In this document: in pieces, positions 46,911 through 62,000 of the stretch | Layout: the number at the start of each line of letters is the position of its first letter | Numbering within the stretch: the stretch's first letter is position 1 | NCBI GenBank assembly: GCA_013239625.1 | Contig: MU053334.1 | Location: forward strand, 186,001-248,000 | DNA: 62,000 nt | Direction of reading: 5' to 3' | DNA from: Lama guanicoe | Lineage: Eukaryota | The notes under the pieces: model-generated | What the model was told of the DNA's origin: nothing | The model's database searches: none | The model's input: the letters and a program-made list of their open reading frames with translations, nothing else | Program-made: the position numbers and the translations under genes

Positions 46911-46939
46911 AGACATGTCCCAGCTTGCCAGGCAGGCCT
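46911..46939. promoter_or_regulatory. p53 response element in the PIDD1 5'UTR
   Basis: AGACATGTCC (perfect RRRCWWGYYY) followed by CAGCTTGCC and AGGCAGGCCT; PIDD1 is an established p53 target. Confidence 0.75.
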
Positions 46940-47449
46940 GCTCAGGCAGGGCCCAGGGAGGCTGCAAGGTCAGGGGGAGGAGTGGGTAGGAGGGGGCTGG
47001 GCCCTCCTGCCAGCCCGAGGAAGGGGGACTCTGGCTGGGGGGGGAGCCCTTGAGCCAGGCCAGCTGGTTCAGAATCCAAAGCCTAGGCTGGACAGGTCAT
47101 CGCTGAAATGGGGCTGGGCAAGGCAGCAGGCAGGGAGACCCCTGTGTGCAGACGGGTCTGGGGACCTGCTTGAGGGATGGGGGAGGAGTGAGGCTTCACG
47201 TCCCAAATCTGGAAACTTAGACAAGGGACTCCTAGAACTGTCAGGTATCCTGGCTGCCTGCCCCTCTCCTGCTCCCGCACAAGAGTCGTGGGTCCAGCCC
47301 CCACCTCCAATCTTCTCCATCAGCTTTAACCAGAGGTCCAGGAATCTCTTCTACCACGTGGGGGCGGTGGCCCAAGCAAGGACCATAGTGACCGTGCCCG
47401 CGTCCGTCAGACCAGTGAGTGTGAGGGGGTTCCTGAGGACGGGACCCCA

Positions 47450-47900
47450 CTTCCTGACCCCTGGAGGCGGGCTCTCCCGCCACTTGAGCTCGCACCTCGG
47501 TCCGCTGGGGAGGTCGGTTCACCGCTCAGTTGCGGCCCCCACCGTTCGGGGCGGGTCCCGGCGCGGAGAGCGCGCCCTCCCCCACGCCGCCGTCCCCAAG
47601 GCGCGCTCGCGGCCGGCGCTTTACCTGCGCTCCCGGCGGCGCGTTTCCGGGCCCCGCCGCGTCAGAAGCGCGCCTCTCGCGGCGGGGTCCGAAAGCGGAG
47701 GCCTCAGGGTCCTTCCCGCCCTGCCTTCCCTCTGCCAGTCGCCGCCCCGCTGCACTCAACTTCCTGCCAGGCCGCAAGCGTCCGTGCCGCCCTCCTAGAG
47801 GTTCTTGGCCCCTCAGGCCCGCTCTGCTCCTGGACTCTGCATTCCTGGCCCCGTGTCAAAATTAGCCGGTGCGATCTCGGGTCGCAGTGGGTATTGGGGG
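47450..47900 (-). promoter_or_regulatory. PIDD1: CpG island with probable non-coding exon 1 of PIDD1
   Basis: CpG-dense; minus-strand CAG|GTAAA donor at 47624; ETS-like TTCCGG. Confidence 0.6.
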
Positions 47901-48499
47901 CTGATCGCCATTGCTGCTCCATACCCACCTCTTGCTGGAAGACAAGAGCTCTCAGAATGTCCCCAGCCAGCCCCAAGGGCCTCCTCTCAAGCCCTGCAGA
48001 GCCCGACCCCCAGCTCCAGTGACCCCACTTTATGGACTACCACTCTGGGCCAGATGTCCCGAGCAGCTGGCTTCCCCACGTGCTGCGCCTCCTTCAGTCC
48101 TTCTCTGCTACAACTCACAAAAGAGGAAAAGGAGGCTCCGGGAGTTCGGACGTTGCCCAACGCCTCTTAGCTGGTGAGTGCTGAAGCCAAGGGCCACAAA
48201 CCAGGTCTGTCTGGCCCTCAAGAAAGCATTCCCCACTCGTGCCTGCATCTTGTCCTAACCCCGCAGAGCAGGTGCCCTGGAAAGGAACACGTGAACACAC
48301 CCTCTTCTGCCTGTTCTGCCCCCAAATCACATGGTACGCACTGCACTGTTTCCTCCAGCCTCCCCAGCTCCCAACATCCCTCTCACCAGGATGGGCAGTT
48401 TCTGCCAGGCCTCCTTTCTCCCCAGCTCTTTTTCCCCATTCAGTTTCCACAGAGCTATCAGGAGAATTAAACAAAACCAAAAAATTCATCACAGGAACA

Positions 48500-48870
48500 T
48501 CATTCAGTCTTAAAAAGGAGTGACATCCTGACACAGGCTACAATGTGGATAAACCTTGAGGGCATTACAGTAAATGAAATAAGCCAGATACAAAAAGGCA
48601 AGTGCTGTGTGTTTCCACTTACAGGAGGTCTCTAAAGCAATCAAATACCAGAGACAGAAAGTACAATGGGGAGGTGGGGATGTGCAGGGCCTGGGGGAGG
48701 GGAATGCGGAGTTACCATTTAATGGGTAGAGTTCAATTTGAGAAGATAAAAAAACTTCTGGAAACAGATGGTGCTGATTGTACAACAGTGTGAATGCTCC
48801 TAATGCCGCTAAATTGTAGGAGTAAAACGGTAAGTTTTATGTTATGGATTATTTTACTGTCAACAAAAAT
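48500..48870 (+). mobile_element. L1MA/MB 3' fragment
   Basis: CTACAATGTGGATAAACCTTGAG..GAAATAAGCCAGATACAAAAA..GATGGTGCTGATTGTACAACAGTGTGAATG. Confidence 0.75.
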
Positions 48871-48949
48871 GAGAACAATCACAACATGCCACCTCCCTGT
48901 GTGATGGCAATGAAGTCACATCCTCGCCAGACGGTTTCCCCACTTTAGC

Positions 48950-49060
48950 CCCGCTGTGTGACCTTGAGCGGGAAAGCCTTTCTGTGCCTGACCTGTTCAT
49001 CTATATAATGGGGGTGCTGTATGGTGTGTGTTAGTTAACGCACTAGCGCTTGATGCGCTA
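48950..49060 (+). mobile_element. MIR SINE fragment
   Basis: CTGTGTGACCTTGAGC..TCTGTGCCT..TCATCTATATAATGGGG core-like motif. Confidence 0.55.
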
Positions 49061-49399
49061 CACACGTGGGTTCCCCTTGTCGTCTGAGCCCGCATGGGCT
49101 GGTTGCTGCCTCTGGACACACCTCCGACCACCTCAGGGCCTTTGCATCTGATCCCGCTGGCCTGGGCTCGCCCCAGATCTTCGCAGGGCCGGCTCCTTCC
49201 TATCCTTCAGCTCCGTGTCGCCGCCTCTTCCCTCAGGGTCTATCTCAGCCTGGGACGGCCTCGTTTATTGACTTGGTGTGTCTGCGCGCTGGAACCTAAT
49301 TTCCGCGCAAGCAGAACTGGGCCTGTTCCCTCTCAGGACAGACGCCAGCCTGCAGCAGGGCCCCTGACACGGAGGAGTGAATGAGTGACGTGTGATGTG

Positions 49400-50680
49400 T
49401 CCGCGTGAACTCTGAGGCCAGTTCGGAGCCGACAGGGCCAAGGCGGGGGCAGGTCACGCAGCTGTCGGGACTCCTGGCTCCACTCCTCGGGGCGGCTGCG
49501 GTGACAGGGCCCCTCCAGCTTCGCCCGAGGCCCCCGCCATGGCCCTGGATGGGAGCAGCGGCTCGATCCCGCGGTGTGAGCTCGCGGAAAGGCTCGCCTA
49601 CCTCACTGGGCCAGGCTGGGCAAGACCGCCACCAGCCCTCACCGGTCAGCGGGCGGGAACCACCGGAGAGCCGGAAGGCCCGCGGATCGGACCAGAGCAG
49701 CTGCGCTCGGGCCACGTGCGGCCCGCTCAGGCTGTGGCGCAGCCGCACTTCCGGGAGCAATGCACCATGGGACTTGTAGTTCGTCGGCTGCTCCAGCAGA
49801 GATGTGACCGGGACGTGGAAGCCGCGCTGCATGTTGGGAGCTGTAGGCGCCGCGTGGCATCCTGGGAACCCTGAGGGAGAAACGCTGCACTTCGGGTTCG
49901 CGCCTCGCATCGCCCCGCAGCCCCCAGGGACTTCGAGGGACACTCGCCCCATCCTATACAAGAAGGCAGCCCCAGAACTGCCCTTCGCCTTTGTGGTGCG
50001 GGACGGGACAACGGCGTTTCCGCGTCCTCGCTGGCTGAGCACGTGTGACGTCACTCGGAGGCGCCTGCACGGGGCGCGGCGGGCAGGTCCCGGAGGCTTC
50101 TGGGTAGCGGATTATCCCCGCCCCCAGCACCGGCGCCTTCCTTTCCGTCCTTGACGCCGCCGAGGTTGCACGCGTGAGGCCTCTCCCCCGCTGCCGAGTG
50201 AGTGGGGAGGCCGGGGCACGGGCTAGTCGCCGTCGTGAGCGTCGCGGAGGGCAGGCAGGGCGCGGGGCCGGGTGCGGAGCAGGGCGCGGGCTGGGCCTCA
50301 GAGGGGGCCCTCGGGCCGGGCCACGCGCGGCCGCGCACGGGCCGGGGTGGGGGCGGGAGGCCTCCCGGCAACGCCGCCGCCCTCTCCGCACCTCAGGATG
50401 CGCTACGTCGCCTCTTACCTGCTGGCCGCGCTCGGGGGCAATGCCTCCCCCAGCGCCAAGGACATCAAAAGGATCCTGGACAGCGTGGGCATCGAGGCAG
50501 ACGATGACCGGCTCAACAAGGTAGCCGCCCCGCTGGGACCCGAAGCCCCCGGCCAACTCTATTCTGCGCACAGGGGGTCCCTCTCTTCCTTTCGGGAAAG
50601 TGTAGGCTGACGTGCCCGCGGGTTTGAGGGGAGGCTTGCGCCAGCGCATGTGGTCATTGGGTGCCCTTTTGAGATACCGA
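49400..50680. promoter_or_regulatory. CpG island / RPLP2 promoter with TOP start; ZNF143, ETS, CRE and E-box motifs
   Basis: CACTTCCGGG 49746-49755; GCAATGCACCATGGGACTTGTAGTTC 49757-49782 (reverse ACTACAAnTCCCA); CACGTG 50040-50045; TGACGTCA 50046-50053; pyrimidine tract CCTTCCTTTCC about 50136-50146; exon 1 donor at 50198. Confidence 0.85.
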
Positions 50681-51991
50681 TACGGCCAAAAAGAAACAAG
50701 TTGGGGTAGAGGTAAAGTCCCCATTAGTAGGGCTCAGTGGGAATACAACACAGTACAGCTCACTTGTAACTTAGGTATTTTAGCAACTTTTATTTTAACG
50801 AAAGTAGCTAAATTCAGCTTTTTTCCATCTACCTTACTGAGGATGTTATTTTAACGTGTTGAATATAAATTGAGATATCTTGCATTCTTTTAAGCAACAT
50901 GTGTTAAAAATGTGGTGTTAAGTCACCACGCATGGCACGTCTCACTCACCCCTCTTGAGCGTGGGTCACGATGGCTGGGCTGGAGGGTCTGTGATGGTGG
51001 GCCTCTAACTGTGCTGGTCCTCCACTGCAGGTCATCAGTGAGCTGAACGGAAAGAACATCGAGGACGTCATTGCTCAGGGTGAGCTTGTGGTCGGAGCTT
51101 TTGTTTTCATGGTCCATCCTAATCCCTGCGGGTCAGCCTGTGACCTGCCAGGTTTCGCTTGTGGACTAGAGCATCCTAGAAGTCTTACCCTCAGGAGTGA
51201 GCAGGGTTTGAGAGAGCTCACGTCACGGGCGCTTCTAGACATCCCAGGGGCAGTGCTCTCACTGAGCCTGTTTATAAACAAGTCTCACTTTTCCCTCTTG
51301 GTGAGAGGCGTTCCGAGCAGAGAGCAGGGGTGCCCGGGAGGACCGCAGCCACTGCTCTCCTTTGCTGGGCACGTGGTTTCCTAGCGACATCAGGCTGGTG
51401 GGGCTTGTGTGGAATTGGAGCTGTTGGGGAGCTGTTTCTGTCCCTGGGTACGTGGTGAGCTTGCTGCCAGAGGTGAGAGTCTGTTCCTGCCTGATCTTTG
51501 GTGTGTTTATCCGACTTACATCCTGGGTGGGGCAGTGTGGTCCTGCTGGAGAGATTCCTAAAAGCCAGTTTTTGGGAGCAGTGACAGAATCTTCTGTCTG
51601 GGAGAGCAGAAGTCTGTGATACAGGTCCTGATACGTGGGCAGACTGTTTCTTTATCCTTAGGCAGCGTTCAGGCCAAGCACCTGCCGTGGTCTCACCTCC
51701 CCTTTCTGGTTTCTGTAGGCATCGGCAAGCTGGCCAGCGTGCCTGCTGGCGGGGCTGTGGCCGTCCCAGCTGCCCCAGGCTCTGCAGCTCCTGCTGCGGG
51801 TTCTGCCCCAGCCGTAGGTAAGTGCGGGCTCAGGCAGCCACCCCTGCAGGTGCACTGGGGTCTCAGCTGGGAGGGTGGCCTGCACTGGGGTCTCAACGCT
51901 CTTTCTCCCCACAGCAGAGGAAAAGAAGGAGGAGAAGAAGGAGGAGTCAGAGGAGTCAGACGATGACATGGGGTTTGGCTTGTTCGACTAG
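50398..51991 (+). CDS. RPLP2: 60S acidic ribosomal protein P2, 115 aa, 4 coding exons
   Basis: Exons 50398-50520, 51031-51079, 51719-51817, 51915-51991 total 348 nt: MRYVASYLLAALGGN...EESEESDDDMGFGLFD*. AATAAA at 52008-52013. Confidence 0.99.
50727..50990. mobile_element. Possible MER33/MER3-like hAT DNA transposon relic in RPLP2 intron 2
   Basis: AT-rich island with TGAGATAT.TT.CATTCTTTT and CACGCATGGC..G motifs; family from memory. Confidence 0.4.
51110..51244 (+). ncRNA. SNORA52: H/ACA box snoRNA in an RPLP2 intron
   Basis: Two hairpins (TGGTCCA...TGGACTA and TCTAGAAG-like...CTTCTAGA), H box AGAGCA 51168-51173, ACA 51239-51241 three nt from the end. Matches the recalled SNORA52 sequence and host gene. 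Confidence 0.92.
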
Positions 51992-52163
51992 AGTCTCGCT
52001 CCCTGCAAATAAAACTCTTTTTACGTATTTCTTGAGTTGTCTGTGAGCAGTTCATTAGAGTGGTCTCTGCACTCTAGTCTCATTCTGGGAGGAGCCAAGG
52101 CCCTTGCTCCGAGAGGTGTAATGGAGTGCCTGGGAGTGGGAGACACTTCCCACTGTGGGTCTT

Positions 52164-52848
52164 TTTTTTTTTTAACATTTTTTATTGATTTATAATCATT
52201 TTACAGTGTTGTGTCAAATTCCAGTGTTCAGCACAATTTTCCAGTCATTCATGGACATATACACACTCATTGTCACATTTTTTTCTCTGTGAGTTATCAT
52301 AACATTTTGTGTGTATTTCCCTGTGCCATACAGTGTAATCTTGTTTATCTATTCTACAATTTTGAAATCCCAGTCTGTGCCTTCCCACCCTCCACCCCCC
52401 TGGTAACCACAAGTCTGTATTCTTTGTCTGTGAGTCTATTTCTGTCCTGTATGTATGCTTTTTGTTTGTTTTTGTTTTTTAGATTCCACATATGAGCGAT
52501 CTCATATGGTATTTTTCTTTCTCTTTCTGGCTTACTTCACTTAGAATGACATTCTCCAGGAGCATCCATGTTGCTGCAAATGGCATTATGTTGTCGGTTT
52601 TTATGGCTGAGTAGTATTCCATTGTATAAATATACCACCTCTTCTTTATCCAGTCACCTGCTGATGGACATTTAGGCTGTTTCCATGTTTTGGCTATTGT
52701 AAATAGTGCTGCTATGAACATTGCGGGGGTGCAGGTGTCATCCTGAAGTAGATTTCCTTCTGGATACAAGCCCAGGAGTGGGATTCCTGGGTCATATGGT
52801 AAGTCTATTCCTAGTCGTTTGAGGAATCTCCACACTGTTTTCCATAGT
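52164..52848 (-). mobile_element. Young 5'-truncated L1 with polyA tail and 14-bp TSD
   Basis: PolyT at 52162-52173; open ORF2 C-terminus (LWKTVWRFLK...WYIYTMEYYSAIK...EKYHMRSLICGI*); TSD CCACTGTGGG(T/C)CTT at 52150-52163 and 52849-52862. Confidence 0.9.
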
Positions 52849-55784
52849 CCACTGTGGGCCTTGAGTGTGGCCAAACCTTAAACAGGCTCAGGAGAGGGCG
52901 TGAGCCTTCTAGGACACGGTCCTGGCTCCTGTGGACTGCCAGGGCCTTCCCAGGGAGTGAGGCCTTCAGGGGACACCCAGGAAAACTTGAGAAGCATCAG
53001 TTAGGTTTCTGCTGTGCGTTCCGGTCCTGGCCAGTTGAGACCAGCACTTCCTGCAAGACTGGTGACGTCCTCCGGTTATGCACCAGAGGTGGTGGGTGTA
53101 TGGGTTCTGCGTGTCCTTGTAGGATCAGGGGCCCAGTTATTGTTCATTTCAGTGCTCCAGCTCCGCCTTAACCCCTGAGCAACTTGAGACAGCCACTTAG
53201 CTCTTCTGAGCCTCAGCGTCCCCAGCTGTCTGGTGGGCCAGCCCCTTTGCTGGCCAGCTGTGGAAGTGGTTTGTGGGCAGTGATACTGGGCTGTGTGCTC
53301 CTATGTCCTTTGGTGGCCTGGTGCCTCTTCTGCCAGGCTCTGGCCCAAAATGTGGGGCAGAGGAGATGGGCCCTCCCTTTACTTATTGATGCCAGGTCGC
53401 TCAGCAGACACTTTGCTTCCCCCTCTGAAGGCTCTGGATGGGCAACTAGCTGTGATGTGTGCTCCTACTGTGTTCCAGGCCACAGCACTGAAGGCTTTGC
53501 CTCTGGAGAAAGTAATGAGTACCACACGGGGTGGGGTGGGTGGAGGGCTTGCCTCAGGAAGAGGCCCCAGGGCAGGAGTGTGTGTGGGGTGGAAGGAAGA
53601 CTTAGGATCCCTTTTGCTAGAGGAGTGGGGACTAGGAATGGAGGGGTTGGGAGTGGTGGGGGAACATGGAGCCAAGGGAGAGTGGGGACCCCTGCAGGGA
53701 TCATAGCGGTGTGGGCCACAAGGCCACAAGTGTGAATGGGATGAGGGGTGGAGCAATGGGTGCCCAGGGACACAGGGACCTGCAGAGGAACGGAGCCAGG
53801 GTCCCACCCTTGGACCCTGAAGAGAAGGGCCCTGTGTGGGCCAGAGGACACCACGGGAGTGGGGGCATGGCACCTGCCTGGCAGAGTCATCAGATACCAA
53901 GGTTTCTCATCTGTGCTGACGGGGAGGAGGCAGGGCCACGTCCCACCCCCAGCCAGGGTTCCAGGAAGGGCTGCCTTGTTCCTGGCTCCAGGCCTTGTGG
54001 TCCCAGGGGCCTGGAGGGAGGTATATCTATCCAAAGCAATTTGGCCATGATGTGGAAATGAGAGAAGAGGTCTCCCTGCACTGGGGCGGCGCCACCCTCC
54101 AGGGCCCCCAGTCCCGGGAGCGGGCAGGGCCTGGACCCTGGCTGCTCCTTGGGGTGGGTTGCAGAAATGGCCTTCTGAGTGTCCTGGCTCAGCTTGTGCT
54201 GCCCGGGGCCTCCAGCAGCGCCACACCCTCTGTACTGTACCTCCCTCCAAAGCCCTTGGGGGCTGGGGTCCCACATACAGTGGAATTCCCTCACCCCCTC
54301 TGCTTTCCCCTTTCCTAGCACCCAGCCTTGAGCTCCCCTCTCAACCCTCAAGCCCAGGGCCTTTACATGTCCTGTAGGACGGTGGCCCTGTGCCCGTCCC
54401 AGGTTAACTGTATCCGCACACCCCTTCCCCATCTTAGTTCTTATTTGAGCTTATGGAAAGCATCTCTCCTACTCACCCCACCCTGAGTAAGGCCCGTTTG
54501 TGTTGACTTTGCTCACTGTTCAAATCTTTGCCAGCAAACATGGTGATAAGTATGGGTGGCTTGGAGCACAGAGGCTGAGGACTGGGTGGCCTGACCCCAG
54601 ATGGCTGTGTCCTGGGGAGGCCCTGCTCTGGCTTCTCAGCCTGGGCCTGGGTGGGGCAGCCCCCAGCCACAGCTCTGGCACCAGCTGGGTCCTGCCTGGG
54701 GGTGAGTGTTCTGGAAAGACAAATGCACACTGGCTACTCACCCCCCAGCATAGACCAGCACTTGGTTGAGGGGTGGGGTTGGTGCAGGGCTGGCCCTGGA
54801 GCCAAGCCGGGCTAGGCCTGCCACACAGTCCAGGAGAAAAATGCGGAAGAGGAGGCGGGCGGGTGACATCACCGGGAGTGCTCCACCTGCTGGGGCAATT
54901 AGTGGCGGCGGATGGGGCTGAGTCACATCTGCGGAGACCACCCCGGCCTAAGAAGCTGCGCCAGGACACAGGTCGACCAGGTCAGTGCCCAGGTAGAGGG
55001 GGCGGCTCAGCGGGGAGGGCGGGGGCCGGGATGTTGTTGGGGGACAGTGTCTGCGGCAGGCACGGGTGTGTTCTCTCTGGAAGTCGTCTGTGTGTGGTTC
55101 CCGTGCGGCCCTGTGTGTATATGGGTCAGTCTGTGGATGAGTCCGTAGGTCCTTCGAGTCCCTGCCCCTCAGCGAGTTCCTCAGTGTCCAGGGTGGGTGT
55201 TGTAAGCAGACCCCCGAGGGAGGGGGCGGTTGCTGCCTAGACACCATCGCCCCACCTTTGCGGGTATCCGGACCCCGGTCCCCACACCTCTGGGCCACTG
55301 TGTGTCCCCTCCCAACCGCCCACGATGGTTCGGGGTGGGGGAAGGCAGCTAGAGGCCAGGGGCATGGATTCTCGTCCAGGCCTGGCCAGTGCCTGTGGCT
55401 GGGCCGGCGTCTCAGGGCCCAGTGGCCTGGACAGCGGGCGGGAGGGGCTGGGGGCCGAGTCTCGGGGCCGGGGCGGGGGCTCCGGGCCCAGGCTCTGGGC
55501 CCAGGGAGACTTCCGGGGAGGGGCGTGGTCTCAGGGCTCGCCCCGAGGGCGCGGCCGTTCCCCGCCGGCCCCGACTGGCCGCGCGTGCCGGCTCAGTCCC
55601 GCCCCCCCCCGGTAAATTCACCGCCTCCGTCACCTCCCCGCGCAGCGTCTCCAACCCCGCCGGCGGAGACCCCGAGTTAGAGCAACCGCGGGGGTCTGGC
55701 CCCCTCTCCAGAGCGAGCAGCGAGCGCGCGGTGCACAGCGAGGCCGGCCGCCCGCGGAGCCTCGGAGCCCGGCGGGACGCCGCG

Positions 55785-60134
<4,350 letters not shown>

Positions 60135-61844
60135 GCGCCCCTGCTCCAGCCTGCCCCAGTCCCCTGGGACCCTGGTGCTGAGGGCTGGGCCCCCCAGCTC
60201 CCCTGCCCGGCGAGACGGGGGCCCTGGGACCCGCTGAGATCCCCCTCCCGACCTCTCCGCCCCCGCTGCAGAGTGAGGAGATGGGGGCCCCTCCTGCTGT
60301 CAGGGGGCGCTTTGCTGTCAGCCGACCACTCGCCTGCTGCACTAAGGAGGCAGGCACGTGGAGTACTCCTCCCCACAAGGCTCCCCTCTCTGTGCCTTAA
60401 TCTCTCCTTCCCAGACCCCACCCTGGAGTGGGGCGGTCATGGCTGGGGCTCCTGCACCTGCCGCCCCTGCCCAACACCCCACCCATAAGGGCAGTATTAC
60501 TCCTGAGAACTTTGCACCTGCTCCTTCCTCCACGTTTCTCTTGTTTTGCTGAAGCATGTGTGTGAAGAATTATTTATTTTTGCCAAAGCAGATGTAATAA
60601 ATGTGACAGCTTAGCCCCTGCCTCCTTCACTTGTATGGGACAACCCCCCCCGACCCCCGCCGCCCCCAGCTGGCCAGTCTCTACAGCTTCAGGTCAGGAC
60701 TTCCGGGGGCCACTCTCCCTGAGTCTGGCACCTCTAAGCCTGCCAGCCGGGCCTGGGGCTCCCCCTGACCCCCCTCCAGCTCACTCTTCTGACTGGGACC
60801 CTTGGGCACAGCTTTCCAAGGGCTAGGGGAAATATTTGGGACCAAGATACTTGCTAAATAAAAACTAAGAAGTGTTTACAAAAGGTGGTGTCTTCACCCC
60901 CGCTCCACGGTGACGTGGGGGGGGAGCTGATTTCAGGGTTGGATGGTTGAGGCGGAGGAGGTTCCCAAGCCGAGTGCTGAGGACCTGGCAGTGGCGTGGG
61001 GGGGGGCTGCTCCACTTTGGGTGTTCCCCCCAAGGCGCTGTGGGAGGTGCAGGTCTTCCCCTGTCATGACCAGCCTCACAGGCCAGATGTAGACACCTTG
61101 TTCCCCATCAGCCTCCCCCCAGCAGAGTACCCAGTCTCCTGTCCATGTCCAGGAGGGATCTGGGATATTAGGCGGGGTGGAGTCTGAGTTGAAGGGGGCT
61201 GGACTTTGTTCTGGGGTAGATATGGTTTTCTGAAAGCTTCTGCTGCCCTGGGCAGTCTGAGGGGTGCCCCAAAGGGCCCGTGGGGTGAGGGGTGCTGGCA
61301 CAGAGTCCAGAGCTTCGCTGGCTGTCCAGAGTTCTTAGTCCTACCTGGTTAAGCCCGCATCTGCCCCTTCCCCTCAGGGCATGGGGCAGCTAGGGTGGCG
61401 GTGGCCACGGCCCCCAGCCAACAATAACGGTCGGTAGTGGGACTGCCCGACTGGGAGAGCCGGCTCAGCAGGTCCCCGGTGTGCCTGTGCCAGGGGCCAC
61501 CCCCCCTTGGTCTCAAGGTCCTGTCCTATAGTCACAACCTGTTCCAGTTGAGCAGGATCCGAGGCTCCTGGAGAGACGGAGGCCTCCAGCCCCCCAGCGC
61601 TGCCAGGCCAGCCCCTCCAGGTGGGTGCAGGGGTGGGTTGGGGGCTGGGAGGAGGACCCCTGGGAAGAGGTTGGGGTTTTCTCCTCCAGCAGGATGGTCA
61701 CACGCAGGTCCCACCCAGCACCTTTTCCCAGCACCCCGTAACAGGAACCAGCCTCAGGGCTGTGCCCCCAAAGGAGTGCTTGGGGTGCCCCCACCTGTCA
61801 CTCACCCTCACAGGCACAGGCACTTGTGTCACTGCTTTAAATAC

Positions 61845-62000
61845 CATTTTCTAGTATATTACATGTTTATTATTTAAAAATGGAAAAAAACAAAAGTTGA
61901 GAAGTATAAGGAAGAAAAAGTCACCCCACTTCCAGAGATAACGACTGAAAATATTTTGGTCTATTTCCTGCTGGCCTTTTCCTGCACATGCATTTTGGTG
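61845..62000 (-). mobile_element. Probable ancient L1 (L1ME-like) fragment
   Basis: AT-rich; CCAGAGATAAC.ACTG..AATATTTTGGT.TATTTCC motif. Confidence 0.4.

Noticed and set aside
51851..51895. 15-bp direct repeat TGCACTGGGGTCTCA with a 15-bp spacer in an RPLP2 intron
   Set aside because: Two copies only; a local duplication, not a CRISPR-like array.
52479..52874. 131-aa ORF downstream of RPLP2
   Set aside because: L1 ORF2 C-terminal remnant, not a host gene.
60900..62000. Expected next syntenic gene (CRACR2B)
   Set aside because: No coding exon recognisable within the window.

Overview
GC-rich mammalian genomic DNA, almost certainly camelid (camelid-type tRNA-derived SINE, young camelid-type L1), syntenic with human 11p15.5. 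Reading splice sites by hand gives seven protein-coding genes with intact frames: TALDO1 (+, start codon inside a 185-N gap), GATD1 (-), CEND1 (-), SLC25A22 (-), PIDD1 (-), RPLP2 (+, hosting SNORA52) and PNPLA2/ATGL (+). The window also has CpG-island promoters, nested solo LTRs upstream of TALDO1, old L1/MIR fragments and one recent 5'-truncated L1 with a target-site duplication (TSD). I see no CRISPR array, prokaryotic element or clearly new biological system. The best leads are in PIDD1 (the second autoproteolytic HFS motif reads RFS, a weak GC-AG intron, a p53 element that doubles as an upstream AUG, an AACAAA polyA signal) and a 623-codon antisense ORF at the PANO1 position. Gene and repeat-family names come from recalled sequences, not database searches.
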